DNA of 64,000 nt from an uncultured Pelagibacteraceae bacterium (GTDB lineage Bacteria; Pseudomonadota; Alphaproteobacteria; Pelagibacterales; Pelagibacteraceae), in NCBI GenBank assembly GCA_902628495.1, contig CACONH010000004.1, positions 2,305 to 66,304 on the forward strand, written 5' to 3'. Under the pieces are notes generated by a model, which worked only from the letters and a program-made list of their open reading frames with translations, searched no databases and was not told the DNA's origin. Made by a program: the position numbers and the translations under genes. Positions 17,968 through 28,210 of the stretch are shown here, one piece after another. Position 1 is the stretch's first letter. Every line of letters starts with the position of its first letter.

Positions 17968-19904
17968 AATTTTTTCCTAATTTTATTTACTATACTTTCT
18001 TCATCTAATTTAAAATAATCGTAAATATCTTTATAAGGTGCACTTTTACCAAAATCATCAATTCCAAAATTAAGACCACTATTTCCGGTATATTTTTTCC
18101 AGTAACCAGTCTCAGATGCCTCAATTGAAACTTTAATCAAATTATTTGATAGTATTTCCGATTTATAATTATCGCTCTGTAAATCAAAAATTTCATGACA
18201 AGGCATTGATATAACTTTTGAATAGATATTATCTGTGGCTAATTTATGACTAATCTTACATGCAAGATCTAGTTCAGAACCGCTTGAAATTAAAATTAGT
18301 TTCAAATCATCTCCAGTTCTCATTATCTCGTAAGCTCCCTTGGAACTCTGGTTAATATTGGAATAATCTTTTCTAACTGGATTTGTTTTTTGTCTAGTTA
18401 AAGCAATTACACTCGGAGTATTTTTATTTTCTAAAGCTATCTGCCAACATTCAAATGTTTCTATCGTATCCGCAGGCCTAAAAACATTTAAATTTGGTAT
18501 TGATCTAAGTGCTGAAAGTTGTTCAATTGGCTGATGTGTAGGCCCATCTTCACCAAGCCCTATAGAGTCATGTGTAAAAACAAAAATTATTTTTTGACCC
18601 ATCATAGCTGAAAGTCTAATCGATGGTTTGCAATAGTCGCTAAATATTAAAAAAGTTCCCCCGTAAGGAACTAAATTGCTATGTAGAGATATTCCATTCA
18701 TTATTCCGCACATTGCATGTTCTCTAACTCCATAATGAATATAATTTCCATCAAACTTTCCAGGTTTAATAATTTTATGATTTTTAGTTTTTGTATTGTT
18801 AGAACCAGCCAAGTCAGCTGATCCCCCAATAAGATTTGTTAACTTTGATGCAATCTCCAGAAATTTTTCTGAAGATTTTCTTGTCGCCATTGGTTCTAAA
18901 GTTTTCACATAACTTTTCTTGAACTCCTCAATTTCGTCACTTATAGAAGCTGGTATCAAATTTTCTTTTGTAGTGTTATTTTTTGAATTAAATTTTTCCG
19001 CCGCTAAAGATGCTTTGTTTCCAATATCTCTCCATGCATCTAATATTCTATCTGGAATTTCAAAAGGCTTATACTTCCATTTTAACTTTTTCCTTACAAG
19101 TTTTATTTCTTCTTGGCCTAAGGGGCTTCCATGAGATGATGCCTTGCCACCTTTGTTAGGAGAACCATAGCCTATAGTTGTTTTGCAAGATATAGCAAAA
19201 GGTTTTTTTGAATTTTGAGCTTTCTTTAATGCATTAAAAATTTGTTTTTCGTTGTGTCCATTTATTTCTAAATAACTCCAACCGTAACTTTCAAATCTTT
19301 TTTTGGTATTGTCTGATACTGCTAAGTTTGTCGGCCCATCTATTGAGACAGAGTTATTATCAAATAATAATATAAGATTTTTTAGCTTCAAGTGTCCCGC
19401 TAGACTCAGGGCTTCGTGACTTATACCTTCCATCATGCAACCATCCCCAGCTAAAACATAAGTTTTATGATTTATAAATTTTTTACCAATTTTATTTTTT
19501 AATATTTCCTCAGCTAAAGCGAAACCAACTGCATTTGATATTCCCTGACCAAGTGGCCCTGTAGTCGTTTCAATACCAGAGTTTGAATGATATTCAGGAT
19601 GGCCCGCGCAAATCGAATCTAGTTTTCTAAAATTTTTAATATCATCTAAAGAGACACTTTTATAACCAGTTAAATAAAGCAAAGAATATAGAAGCATTGA
19701 TCCGTGTCCTGCCGATAAAATAAATCTATCTCTGTTTATCCAACTTGGATTTTTTGGATTAAATCGTAAAAAATTCTTAAACAAAACTGTAGCGACGTCA
19801 GCCATTCCCATAGGCATACCTGGATGACCAGAATTTGCTGCTTCTACCGCATCAATTGATAAAAATCTAATTGCGTTAGCTAATTGTTTGTGTTCTACTT
19901 TCAA
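17964..19904 (-). CDS. tkt: Transketolase
   Basis: TTG start. [36 protein letters not shown] and [16 protein letters not shown]. Confidence 0.95.
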   Translation of the reverse strand: MKVEHKQLANAIRFLSIDAVEAANSGHPGMPMGMADVATVLFKNFLRFNPKNPSWINRDRFILSAGHGSMLLYSLLYLTGYKSVSLDDIKNFRKLDSICAGHPEYHSNSGIETTTGPLGQGISNAVGFALAEEILKNKIGKKFINHKTYVLAGDGCMMEGISHEALSLAGHLKLKNLILLFDNNSVSIDGPTNLAVSDNTKKRFESYGWSYLEINGHNEKQIFNALKKAQNSKKPFAISCKTTIGYGSPNKGGKASSHGSPLGQEEIKLVRKKLKWKYKPFEIPDRILDAWRDIGNKASLAAEKFNSKNNTTKENLIPASISDEIEEFKKSYVKTLEPMATRKSSEKFLEIASKLTNLIGGSADLAGSNNTKTKNHKIIKPGKFDGNYIHYGVREHAMCGIMNGISLHSNLVPYGGTFLIFSDYCKPSIRLSAMMGQKIIFVFTHDSIGLGEDGPTHQPIEQLSALRSIPNLNVFRPADTIETFECWQIALENKNTPSVIALTRQKTNPVRKDYSNINQSSKGAYEIMRTGDDLKLILISSGSELDLACKISHKLATDNIYSKVISMPCHEIFDLQSDNYKSEILSNNLIKVSIEASETGYWKKYTGNSGLNFGIDDFGKSAPYKDIYDYFKLDEESIVNKIRKKL

Positions 19905-19955
19905 TTGTTAACCTATCTAGACTAAGATGATTCAATTTAATAATATAATATATAT

Positions 19956-20279
19956 ATGAAATACTTCAGCGAGAAAGAAAAAAAGCTGGAAATAGCTCTA
20001 CACAAATTAAAAAAACTTAATTTGATAGATCAAGATAGTCAAAAAAATCTTAAATTTTTATCTGATCAAAAAAATCAATTAGAAATTGAAAAAAAGGAAC
20101 TTCAAAGTAAACATAAAAATTTAGTGAATGAACATCAGAAACTAAAGGATCATTTAAAGAGCTTTAAAGATAAAAATTCCAAACATAAACTAGATCAATT
20201 AAGATTTAACGAGAAAATTGATGAATTAAATCAAGAAACAGATATTCTGTTAGATGAAATTGATAAATGGCAAATGTAA
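19956..20279 (+). CDS. Coiled-coil protein upstream of zapA (DUF4164 / ZauP-like)
   Basis: 107 aa with heptad-rich K/E/L/Q composition. Overlaps zapA by 13 nt, the position known for ZauP in Caulobacter. Confidence 0.5.
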   Translation: MKYFSEKEKKLEIALHKLKKLNLIDQDSQKNLKFLSDQKNQLEIEKKELQSKHKNLVNEHQKLKDHLKSFKDKNSKHKLDQLRFNEKIDELNQETDILLDEIDKWQM

Positions 20280-20704
20280 ATATAAAATTTAATGGTAAAG
20301 ACTTCCTTTTGTCTTGTGATGATGGTCAGGAAGAACATTTAGAGGAGTTAGCTAACCATCTTGGAGCTAAATTCGAAAAATTAAAAAATGATCTCGGGAA
20401 TATTGGTGAGAATAAGTTGCTTTTAATTACTTCAATCAAAATTATGGATGAATATTTTGAAACTAAAAAAAAAGTTCATACAAACAAACAAGAAATAAAA
20501 AATATCACTGAAAAATTCAAAGAACTAAAATCTCTAGCATACAGCTATAAGGACGGTAAAGAAAATGAGGTAAAACAACTTTCCGATAATATTTCTAAAC
20601 TAGAAAGTGAGATACAAAATTTGAAAAACGAATATGACAAAATAATATCTAATACAACGCAACAAATAGAAGAATTTGTTCAAAAAACAAATTTAAAAAA
20701 CTAG
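20267..20704 (+). CDS. zapA: Cell division protein ZapA
   Basis: VNIKFNGKDFLLSCDDGQEEHLEELA..L is a ZapA N-domain, followed by a coiled-coil tail. Confidence 0.8.
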   Translation: MANVNIKFNGKDFLLSCDDGQEEHLEELANHLGAKFEKLKNDLGNIGENKLLLITSIKIMDEYFETKKKVHTNKQEIKNITEKFKELKSLAYSYKDGKENEVKQLSDNISKLESEIQNLKNEYDKIISNTTQQIEEFVQKTNLKN

Positions 20705-20712
20705 TTTTTTTT

Positions 20713-21255
20713 GTGAAAAAAACTCAAATAAGAAAAAAAATATTAAAAAAGAGAAAATATTTTAATAGTAAGAATATAAAAATCAATTTTAGTGAATTAG
20801 TTAAATTATTAATTCGAGAAGCTAGTAGTGACAAAATAGGCATATATTATCCAATTGGGTCTGAAGTTTCTACAATTAGGCTAATTGAGAATTTAAGAAA
20901 TAAAAAATATATTATTTCATTACCGGTCATAGAAAAAAACTTTAAAATGTCATTCTACGAATGGAATGAAGATTGCGCACTAAAAATTAATAATTTTGGT
21001 ATCCCAGAACCATTTAAATCAAAAAAAATTACACCTTCTGTACTGATTATACCAATTGTTGCTTTTGATGCAAATTTAAACAGACTTGGATATGGTGGTG
21101 GATTTTATGATAGATTCATAAATAAAATTGAAAGATCAAAAAAAATTTTAAAAATTGGTCTTGCGCTTTCATGTCAAAAAATAAATAAAGTTCCTACAAA
21201 TAAATTTGATAGAAAAATGAATTATATATTTACAGAAAATAAAGTTTATAAATGA
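20713..21255 (+). CDS. 5-formyltetrahydrofolate cyclo-ligase
   Basis: GTG start. IPIVAFD...NRLGYGGGFYDR motif. Confidence 0.85.
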   Translation: MKKTQIRKKILKKRKYFNSKNIKINFSELVKLLIREASSDKIGIYYPIGSEVSTIRLIENLRNKKYIISLPVIEKNFKMSFYEWNEDCALKINNFGIPEPFKSKKITPSVLIIPIVAFDANLNRLGYGGGFYDRFINKIERSKKILKIGLALSCQKINKVPTNKFDRKMNYIFTENKVYK

Positions 21256-22058
21256 GAATACTCTTTCTAGGAGATATTGTTGGACCTTCAGGGTGCAATG
21301 TTGTTAAGCAATATTTGCCAAACATAGTTAACAAAAAAACCATCGATTTTGTTGTTGCTAATGGTGAAAATGCTGCAGAAAATGGTGTAGGTATAACTGA
21401 AAAAATTTGCAACGAACTATATCAATCTGGAATAAACGTTTTAACTACAGGAAACCATGTTTGGGATCAAAAGGAAACAGTTGAACATATTGAGAGAGAA
21501 AAAAAACTTTTAAGACCTTATAACTTAACAAACCCATCTCCTGGAAAGGGTTTTGAAATTTTTTATAGCAAAAATAACTTGAAAGTTGGTGTATTAAATT
21601 TAATGGGGAATGTTTTTATGAGAAAATGTGATGATGTTTTTATAGAAATTGAAAAATTTTTAAAGAATTACAGTCTTAAAAAAAATTATGATTTTTTAAT
21701 AGTTGATATACATGGAGAAATAACCAGTGAGAAAATGGCAATCGGTCATTTGTTTGACGGTAAAGCAACCTTGATAACAGGAACTCATACACATGTACCA
21801 ACCAATGACGCAAGAATTTTAAAAAAAGGTTCTGCCTATATTACAGACTCCGGAATGTGTGGTGATTATGATTCTGTAATAGGCATGAATAAGAATAATT
21901 CTATAAATAAGTTTTTTAAAAAAAAAGCTGAAAAACATTTTCCAGCCTTAGGAGAAGGAACTTTATCAGGGGTAATTGTTGATTGTTGCACTGAAACAGG
22001 CTTAGCTAAAAATATAAATAGTTTTGTAATGGGGGGTGTTTTACAAAGCACAATTTGA
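21252..22058 (+). CDS. YmdB-like metallophosphoesterase (TIGR00282 family)
   Basis: MRILFLGDIVG, ANGENAA.G.GIT, TTGNH.WD, VDIHGE.TSEK and TGTHTHVPT.D. Confidence 0.85.
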   Translation: MRILFLGDIVGPSGCNVVKQYLPNIVNKKTIDFVVANGENAAENGVGITEKICNELYQSGINVLTTGNHVWDQKETVEHIEREKKLLRPYNLTNPSPGKGFEIFYSKNNLKVGVLNLMGNVFMRKCDDVFIEIEKFLKNYSLKKNYDFLIVDIHGEITSEKMAIGHLFDGKATLITGTHTHVPTNDARILKKGSAYITDSGMCGDYDSVIGMNKNNSINKFFKKKAEKHFPALGEGTLSGVIVDCCTETGLAKNINSFVMGGVLQSTI

Positions 22059-22059
22059 T

Positions 22060-22782
22060 ATGGCAGGTCATTCTCACTGGGCTGGAATTAAACATAAAAA
22101 AGGAAGAGCAGATAAAGAAAGGTCAAAAATTTTCTCTAAATTATCTAGAGAAATAACTGTTGCAGCTAAGTTAGGCGATAAAGATCCTGACATGAACCAC
22201 AGATTAAGATCTGCTATTCAAGCCGCAAGGTCAGCTAATATGCCTAAAGATAATATTGACAGAGCTATTGATAAATCAAAATTTAATGATCAATCTAATT
22301 TTGACGAAATAAGGTATGAGGGTTTTGGTATTTATAAAATTGCAGTAATTATTGAGGCATTGACTGACAATAAAAACAGAACAGCATCAAAAATAAGAGA
22401 AATTTTCCAAAAAAATGGTGGAAATTTAGGGACTTTAGGTTCAGCCGCGCATAATTTCAAACATCTTGGGATTATAAGAGTTGATGCAGAGCAAATAGAT
22501 CCAGACACTATGCTAGAAATAGCAATTAATTCTGGAGCAGATGAGTGCTTTTCAAACAAGAGTTATCATGAAATACATTGTAATAAAGAAAATATTTATG
22601 ATGTAAAAAAAATTATGGAAAAAAAAATCAATAATTTTTTGTCTACGAATATTGAGTGGCATCCATTTAATAAAGTTAATTTAAACAAAGAACAATTTAA
22701 TGAAGCTAAAAAGTTTTTAGAGACCTTAGAGGATCACGATGATGTACAAAAGGTCTACTCTAATCTAGAAATGATAGAATAA
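22060..22782 (+). CDS. yebC: YebC/PmpR family DNA-binding regulator
   Basis: Starts MAGHSHWAGIKHKKG at ATG 22060, 2 nt after the upstream stop. The listed 22036 start is an overlapping extension. Confidence 0.93.
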   Translation: MAGHSHWAGIKHKKGRADKERSKIFSKLSREITVAAKLGDKDPDMNHRLRSAIQAARSANMPKDNIDRAIDKSKFNDQSNFDEIRYEGFGIYKIAVIIEALTDNKNRTASKIREIFQKNGGNLGTLGSAAHNFKHLGIIRVDAEQIDPDTMLEIAINSGADECFSNKSYHEIHCNKENIYDVKKIMEKKINNFLSTNIEWHPFNKVNLNKEQFNEAKKFLETLEDHDDVQKVYSNLEMIE

Positions 22783-22785
22783 AAG

Positions 22786-23274
22786 ATGTTAATTATTGGT
22801 ATAGATCCGGGAATAAAAGGAGCCATATGTATCTTAAAAGATGGAAAAATTTTGGATGTTTTTGATATGCCAATAATGCCTGTTGGCAAAAAAAACAAGT
22901 CACAGGTTAATGGATCACAAATTTATAATGAAATTCAAAAAGCAATTACTCATGAGGACAAAAAAGATATAAAAGTGGTGATAGAACAAGTTTCAGCAAT
23001 GCCTGGCCAAGGAGTTACTAGCATGTTTAATTTTGGGCAGTCTTTTGGTGTACTTAAAGGTATATTTTCTGCTATGCAAATACCCATGGATTTTATTTCT
23101 CCCGTCAAATGGAAAAAACATTATAACCTTATAAATACACAAAAAGACTCCAGCAGAACAAAAGCAATTGAGTTTTTTCCTTACATTTCCTCTCAATTAT
23201 CAAGAAAAAAAGATGCTAATAAAGCCGATGCAATATTAATTGCTAGCTTTTACTATCAAAACCAAAAATATTAA
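22786..23274 (+). CDS. Divergent RuvC-like Holliday junction resolvase (RNase H fold)
   Basis: IIGIDPG (first Asp), VVIEQV (Glu) and KKDANKADAILIA (C-terminal Asp pair). It holds the syntenic position after yebC, but residues ~28-50 and the Asp spacing differ from canonical RuvC. Confidence 0.6.
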   Translation: MLIIGIDPGIKGAICILKDGKILDVFDMPIMPVGKKNKSQVNGSQIYNEIQKAITHEDKKDIKVVIEQVSAMPGQGVTSMFNFGQSFGVLKGIFSAMQIPMDFISPVKWKKHYNLINTQKDSSRTKAIEFFPYISSQLSRKKDANKADAILIASFYYQNQKY

Positions 23275-23312
23275 GACAAATTGATGACACATTTTAGTGT
23301 GAAAGATTTTTC

Positions 23313-23987
23313 ATGGAAGCAGATATAACTTCACAAGCAGTTGGCTTAGGCAGCTCAGTTGATTTTTCTTTAATGAGCTTGTTCTTAAGAGCGGATATCG
23401 TTGTTAAATCGGTTATTATCCTACTTATAGCAGCATCAATATACTCATGGGCAATAATTATAGAAAAATTTAAAATGTTTAAAAAAATAAATCAAAGCAC
23501 TGTTGAATTTGAGGAAAAATTTTGGAAATCTAAATCTGCTGAAAGTTTTTACAACAATCTTCCAGCAAATAAAGATGATCCCATGTCTAATGTCTTTAGA
23601 AAAACTATGCAGGTTGTTCTAAAATCTAGGTCTAGAAGTAATTTAAATGAAAAATTAACTAGTTTATTAGAGTCGAATATAGAATCGGAAGTAAATTTTT
23701 TAGAAAAAAATTTTTCATTTCTTGCTACAGTAGGCTCTACTGCTCCATTTATAGGTTTATTTGGAACTGTCTGGGGTATAATGAATTCATTTCAATCGAT
23801 AGCTGTTTCAAGAAATACTAGTTTAGCAATTGTTGCCCCAGGGATTGCCGAGGCATTATTTGCAACCGCCTTAGGTTTATTGGCTGCTATTCCGGCAGTT
23901 GTTGCTTATAATAAATTTAATAATGACTCGAAGAAATATTCTCAAAGATTAGAAAACTTTGCTAAAAGATTTTTATCTATAATTTGA
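23313..23987 (+). CDS. tolQ: Tol-Pal system protein TolQ
   Basis: MotA/TolQ/ExbB signature: TAPFIGLFGTVWGIM.SF, APGIAEAL..TA.GL.AAIPAV.AYN. Confidence 0.9.
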   Translation: MEADITSQAVGLGSSVDFSLMSLFLRADIVVKSVIILLIAASIYSWAIIIEKFKMFKKINQSTVEFEEKFWKSKSAESFYNNLPANKDDPMSNVFRKTMQVVLKSRSRSNLNEKLTSLLESNIESEVNFLEKNFSFLATVGSTAPFIGLFGTVWGIMNSFQSIAVSRNTSLAIVAPGIAEALFATALGLLAAIPAVVAYNKFNNDSKKYSQRLENFAKRFLSII

Positions 23988-23991
23988 AATT

Positions 23992-24408
23992 ATGGCTTTT
24001 GGTTTAAAAAAAAATTCTAGAGAGCCAATGAGCGAAATAAACGTTACACCCTTTGTGGATGTTATGCTTGTTTTATTAATTGTATTTATGGTTACAGCCC
24101 CACTATTGACAGTCGGAGTTCAGGTTGATTTGCCAGAAAGCTCTGCAGACTCATTACCAGAGGAGCAGGAGCCTTTAACCCTAACCATTAATTCTAAGGG
24201 GGAAATATTTATTCAAGAAGCAAAAGTTGATTATGATAATGTAATCGCAAAAATACTTGCAGTTTCAAAAAATAGAACAGATACAAGAATTTATGTAAGG
24301 GGTGATAAAACAATTAACTATGGAAGAGTTCTTGAGGTAATGGGCATGTTGTCAGGCTCTGGTTTTACAAAAGTAGCTCTAATTTCAGAACCTTATAAAG
24401 AAAGATGA
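23992..24408 (+). CDS. tolR: Tol-Pal system protein TolR (ExbD/TolR family)
   Basis: MSEINVTPFVDVMLVLLIVFMVTAP, 138 aa. Confidence 0.88.
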   Translation: MAFGLKKNSREPMSEINVTPFVDVMLVLLIVFMVTAPLLTVGVQVDLPESSADSLPEEQEPLTLTINSKGEIFIQEAKVDYDNVIAKILAVSKNRTDTRIYVRGDKTINYGRVLEVMGMLSGSGFTKVALISEPYKER

Positions 24409-25250
24409 AATTAATTAATCTTTTACAAAAAGACGATAAATTAATGATAAAGAATATTGCGATTTCATCAGCATTGCATATTTTTTTAGTTGTTATAACT
24501 GCTATTACTTTTCCTTTCATAGCAAAAAAACCTATAGATTTACCTCCCCTAATATCTATAGAACTTATTCAAATTACTGATAAAACAAATATACCTTTTG
24601 CACCTAAAGCAAAAAAAATTATTGAGAAAGTTAAAGAAAAAGAAAAACTCGTATCAGAGCAAGCGCCACCAAAACAAGTTAAAAAAGAAAAACCTGACGC
24701 AATACCATTACCGGATCAAAACCAAGAAATAGTTAAAAAACCTGACAAGGATGTTCAAAATCCCGAGAAAATTGATGATGAAGTTAAACAAGTATCTGAA
24801 TTTGAAAAAGATGAATTATTTGACCCAAACAATATTGCTGCATTAATTGATAAATCTAAAGAAGAATTGGCAGAAACAACAAACAAAACTGATAAAATTA
24901 CTCAATCAAACCAAAAAAATATTACAACAAGCGCTTTAACTTTGAGTGAGGAAGATGCGTTAAAAGCACAAATTTTTGGTTGCTGGAGCATTCCATTAGG
25001 TTTACCTTACAACGAAAATTTATTAGTAAGAATTAAATTAAGTTTAAAGCCTGATGGCACCGTAATAAATTCTGAAATTTTAGATCATGCAAGAATGAAT
25101 AAACCTGGACAAGGCTTTTATAAAGTACTTGCAGAAAGCGCTTTAAGGGCAATTAGGCTTTGTCAACCTTTAAGAGTACCTACAACTGGATATGAAAGGT
25201 GGAAAGATCTTCAATTAAATTTTGATGCTAGAGAAATGTTAAAAGGATGA
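24405..25250 (+). CDS. tolA: TolA-like envelope-spanning protein
   Basis: One N-terminal TM helix, a K/E/P-rich linker and a C-terminal globular domain, positioned between tolR and tolB. The assignment rests mainly on context. Confidence 0.6.
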   Translation: MKLINLLQKDDKLMIKNIAISSALHIFLVVITAITFPFIAKKPIDLPPLISIELIQITDKTNIPFAPKAKKIIEKVKEKEKLVSEQAPPKQVKKEKPDAIPLPDQNQEIVKKPDKDVQNPEKIDDEVKQVSEFEKDELFDPNNIAALIDKSKEELAETTNKTDKITQSNQKNITTSALTLSEEDALKAQIFGCWSIPLGLPYNENLLVRIKLSLKPDGTVINSEILDHARMNKPGQGFYKVLAESALRAIRLCQPLRVPTTGYERWKDLQLNFDAREMLKG

Positions 25251-26596
25251 AAAAAACTAAGTTATACATATTTGCACTGCTTTTGCTAATATTACCAAAA
25301 ACTTCATTTGGATTAATTGAGGTTGACATTACTAGAGGTAACCTGAACCCACTACCAATAGCAGTGTCTCCTTTGTTTGTTGAGACAAAGTCAATTAAAG
25401 AATTCCAAAATTTATTAAAAAAAGAAAATATTGGTGAAGATATATCCTCTGTTGTAGAAAATAACTTAAAGTCTTCTGGACTTTTTAATCCTCTTAAAAA
25501 AGAAGCATTCTTACAAAAACCTGACATAGCACACTTAAAACCAAGATTTGAGGATTGGTCTTTGATTAAAGCTCAAGCCCTTATTACAGGTGAGGTTAAA
25601 TATGAGAATGAAAAACTCAGAGTAGAGTTTAGATTATGGGATGTTCTTGCAGGAAAAGAAATGATGGCTTTAGCTTTTACAACAGTGCCAGATAACTGGA
25701 GGAGAGTTGGCCACATTATTACAGACAAAGTTTATCAAAGGTTGACTGGTGAAAAAGGTTATTTTGACACTAGGATCATTTATGTATCTGAAGAAGGACC
25801 GAAGACTAATAGAGTCAAGAAATTGGCAATTATGGATCAAGATGGATTTAACACAAAATACTTAACTTTAGGTAATGAGCTGGTATTAACTCCAAGATTT
25901 AATCCAACAAACCAAATGGTTACTTATCTATCATATTTTAAAAACTTACCTAGAGTTTATCTGTTAGATATTGAAACAGGAGTTCAAGAAGTTGTTGGTG
26001 ATTTTCCAGGAATGACATTTGCTCCAAGATTCTCTCCAGATGGAAAAAAAATAATTATGAGTTTTGCTAAAGATGGTAACTCAGATATATATACAATGGA
26101 TCTTGAAAATAGAATTGTTGAAAAAATTACCAATCATCCCTCTATAGATACTTCACCCTCGTTTTCACCTGACGGTAAATATATATGCTTTAACTCGGAT
26201 AGGAGTGGCTACCAACAAATTTATGTCATGAAAAGCGATGGCTCACAAGTTAAAAGAATTTCTTTTGGCAAGGGTTTATATGGCACCCCAGTATGGTCTC
26301 CAAGGGGAGATTTGATAGCATTTACCAAACTTCATAAAGGCAAATTTTATATTGGAGTGATGAGAGTTGATGGAAGTGGAGAAAGATTACTAACAGAAAA
26401 TTATTACCAAGAGGCTCCATCATGGTCTCCTAATGGTAGAGTATTAATATTCTATAGGGAAACTAAGTCAGATTCTGAAGGCAAAGGTTTTTCGGCAAAA
26501 TTATGGTCTATAGATTTGACTGGATATAATGAGAGATTAGTTGACACTAAAACTGATGCCTCAGACCCATCCTGGTCGTCATTATTAAGTGAATAA
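25247..26596 (+). CDS. tolB: Tol-Pal system beta-propeller protein TolB
   Basis: Signal peptide, then repeated P.FSPDGK / P.WSP.G propeller blades. Confidence 0.93.
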   Translation: MKKTKLYIFALLLLILPKTSFGLIEVDITRGNLNPLPIAVSPLFVETKSIKEFQNLLKKENIGEDISSVVENNLKSSGLFNPLKKEAFLQKPDIAHLKPRFEDWSLIKAQALITGEVKYENEKLRVEFRLWDVLAGKEMMALAFTTVPDNWRRVGHIITDKVYQRLTGEKGYFDTRIIYVSEEGPKTNRVKKLAIMDQDGFNTKYLTLGNELVLTPRFNPTNQMVTYLSYFKNLPRVYLLDIETGVQEVVGDFPGMTFAPRFSPDGKKIIMSFAKDGNSDIYTMDLENRIVEKITNHPSIDTSPSFSPDGKYICFNSDRSGYQQIYVMKSDGSQVKRISFGKGLYGTPVWSPRGDLIAFTKLHKGKFYIGVMRVDGSGERLLTENYYQEAPSWSPNGRVLIFYRETKSDSEGKGFSAKLWSIDLTGYNERLVDTKTDASDPSWSSLLSE

Positions 26597-26696
26597 TAAT
26601 GAAAAATTTACTAAAACTTATTAAATTCTTGATTTTTAAGCTTGAAAGATCTATTTAGGTGTGAAAAAGTACATAATTATATTTTAAGGAGCAGTA

Positions 26697-27173
26697 ATGA
26701 AATTAAACAAAATTTTTAAAAACATCCTTTTTGTTGTATTAGCAGGAATATTTTTATCTGCTTGCGCGACGAAAAAAGTATCAAATCAAATGCAGGGGGA
26801 TGTTTATACAGGTAAAGATACAGTTGAATATCTAGCCTCAGGAGTACCGGACAGAGTTTTCTTTGCAACTAATGAGTCAGTCTTAACAACTGCTTCTAGA
26901 GAAACTTTAAGAAAACAAGCTGCTTGGTTGAGAAAAAATTCAAAAGTTAATGTTGTATTAGAAGGTCATGCAGATGAAAGAGGAACTAGAGAATACAACC
27001 TCGCTTTAGGTGAAAGAAGAGCTAACGCTGCTAAAGACTATTTAATGACTTACGGAATATCTGGGAACAGAATATCAGTAATAAGTTATGGTAAAGAAAG
27101 ACCAGTAGACTCTGGATCGAATCCATTAGCTTGGTCAAAAAATAGAAGATCAGTAACAGTAAAAGCAAACTAA
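26697..27173 (+). CDS. pal: Peptidoglycan-associated lipoprotein Pal
   Basis: Lipobox FLSAC, AAGGAG SD, and the OmpA-like domain LEGHADERGTREYNLALGERRA. Confidence 0.93.
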   Translation: MKLNKIFKNILFVVLAGIFLSACATKKVSNQMQGDVYTGKDTVEYLASGVPDRVFFATNESVLTTASRETLRKQAAWLRKNSKVNVVLEGHADERGTREYNLALGERRANAAKDYLMTYGISGNRISVISYGKERPVDSGSNPLAWSKNRRSVTVKAN

Positions 27174-27189
27174 TTAGTTAAAAAATTTC

Positions 27190-27223
27190 AGACCCTGGTT
27201 TTAAAAACCAGGGTCTTTTTTTT
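27190..27223 (+). terminator. Rho-independent terminator after pal
   Basis: AGACCCTGGTT-TTTAAA-AACCAGGGTCT followed by a T8 run. Confidence 0.8.
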
Positions 27224-27250
27224 GCCATCATTATAAATATTAATCAGATT

Positions 27251-28210
27251 ATGGTTTTTAATAAACTTATTAATAAAACATTTTTATATTTTATTATAGC
27301 TTTAAGCATCTTAATTTCTCCGTCAAGTGCTGAAGAGGATACTCTCGAAATTTTGGAAAAATTAAAACAAGATGTTAAAACTTTAGAGAAAGCTGTTTAT
27401 TCACAATCATCAGAAAACATAAATAGTAATAGTTCGGTTTTAAGTAACAATGACGAAGATGTCCTAACTAGACATTTATTGAAGTTATCAGAGATTGAAC
27501 AACAGTTTCAACAATTAACTAATAAGTTTGAAGAAATTAATTTTAAAATTGACAAACTATCCAGTAGGCTATCTAAAGTGCAGGCTGATAATCAGTTAAG
27601 ATTTCAAGAACTTGAAGTTGGTAATGTCAATAATGTTGTTACTTCAAAACCTGATAAAAATTTACCTGGCTCATCTCAACCTCAAGACTTAGGTGCAATT
27701 ACTTACAAAGATACTGAAACACAAGATTTAGTACAAAAAACGCAATCTATTGAAACAACGAGCAGTGTAGTTACAGAAAATTTTGTAACAGAAGAAAAAA
27801 TTTTACCAAAAACAGATCCAAAAGATCAATACAACTTTGCAACCAATCTTTTAAAACAAGGTGATTATACAACAGCTGAAAGAGCTTTGAGAGAATTCGT
27901 GATGGATAATCCAGAACATAACTTAGCTGGGAATGCTCAATATTGGTATGCAGAAACTTTTAGAATAAGACAATTGTATACTGACGCCGCGTCTGCATAT
28001 TTAGAAGGTTATCAAAAATATCCAAAAAGTGAAAAGGCAGCTATAAATTTACTTAAGCTTGGAGTATCATTAGTTCAAATTGGAGAAAAAGATCAAGGTT
28101 GTTTAATGATTAAGGGAGTAAAAAAAGAGTATCCAAAAGCTAAACAATCTGTTCTTCAAAAAGCTAAATATGAAGAGAAAAAGTTTGACTGTCAAAAACA
28201 AAGTTCATAA
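27251..28210 (+). CDS. cpoB: Tol-Pal associated cell division coordinator CpoB (YbgF)
   Basis: Signal peptide, coiled coil and C-terminal TPR region (AQYWYAETF...Y.KYPKS.KA..LLKLG). Confidence 0.8.
   Translation: MVFNKLINKTFLYFIIALSILISPSSAEEDTLEILEKLKQDVKTLEKAVYSQSSENINSNSSVLSNNDEDVLTRHLLKLSEIEQQFQQLTNKFEEINFKIDKLSSRLSKVQADNQLRFQELEVGNVNNVVTSKPDKNLPGSSQPQDLGAITYKDTETQDLVQKTQSIETTSSVVTENFVTEEKILPKTDPKDQYNFATNLLKQGDYTTAERALREFVMDNPEHNLAGNAQYWYAETFRIRQLYTDAASAYLEGYQKYPKSEKAAINLLKLGVSLVQIGEKDQGCLMIKGVKKEYPKAKQSVLQKAKYEEKKFDCQKQSS

Noticed and set aside
20705-20712. I looked for a 6S RNA (ssrS) between zapA and the 5-formyl-THF cyclo-ligase gene, as in the E. coli zapA-ssrS-ygfA arrangement.
   Set aside because: Only 8 nt separate the two genes, so no ~180-nt RNA can be encoded here. 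Absence at this site says nothing about the rest of the genome.
24405-25250. Whether the 281-aa ORF between tolR and tolB might be a TonB rather than TolA.
   Set aside because: Its position inside tolQ-tolR-X-tolB-pal-cpoB, with 4-nt overlaps on both sides, argues for TolA. The sequence alone (TM + K/E/P linker + small C-domain) cannot discriminate, so it is kept as TolA-like at reduced confidence.
28170-28210. The 41-nt overlap between cpoB and tilS as a possible frameshift or gene fusion.
   Set aside because: Both proteins are complete, with normal domain content. The overlap is most simply explained by an uncertain tilS start; for example, an in-frame TTG lies at 28185.
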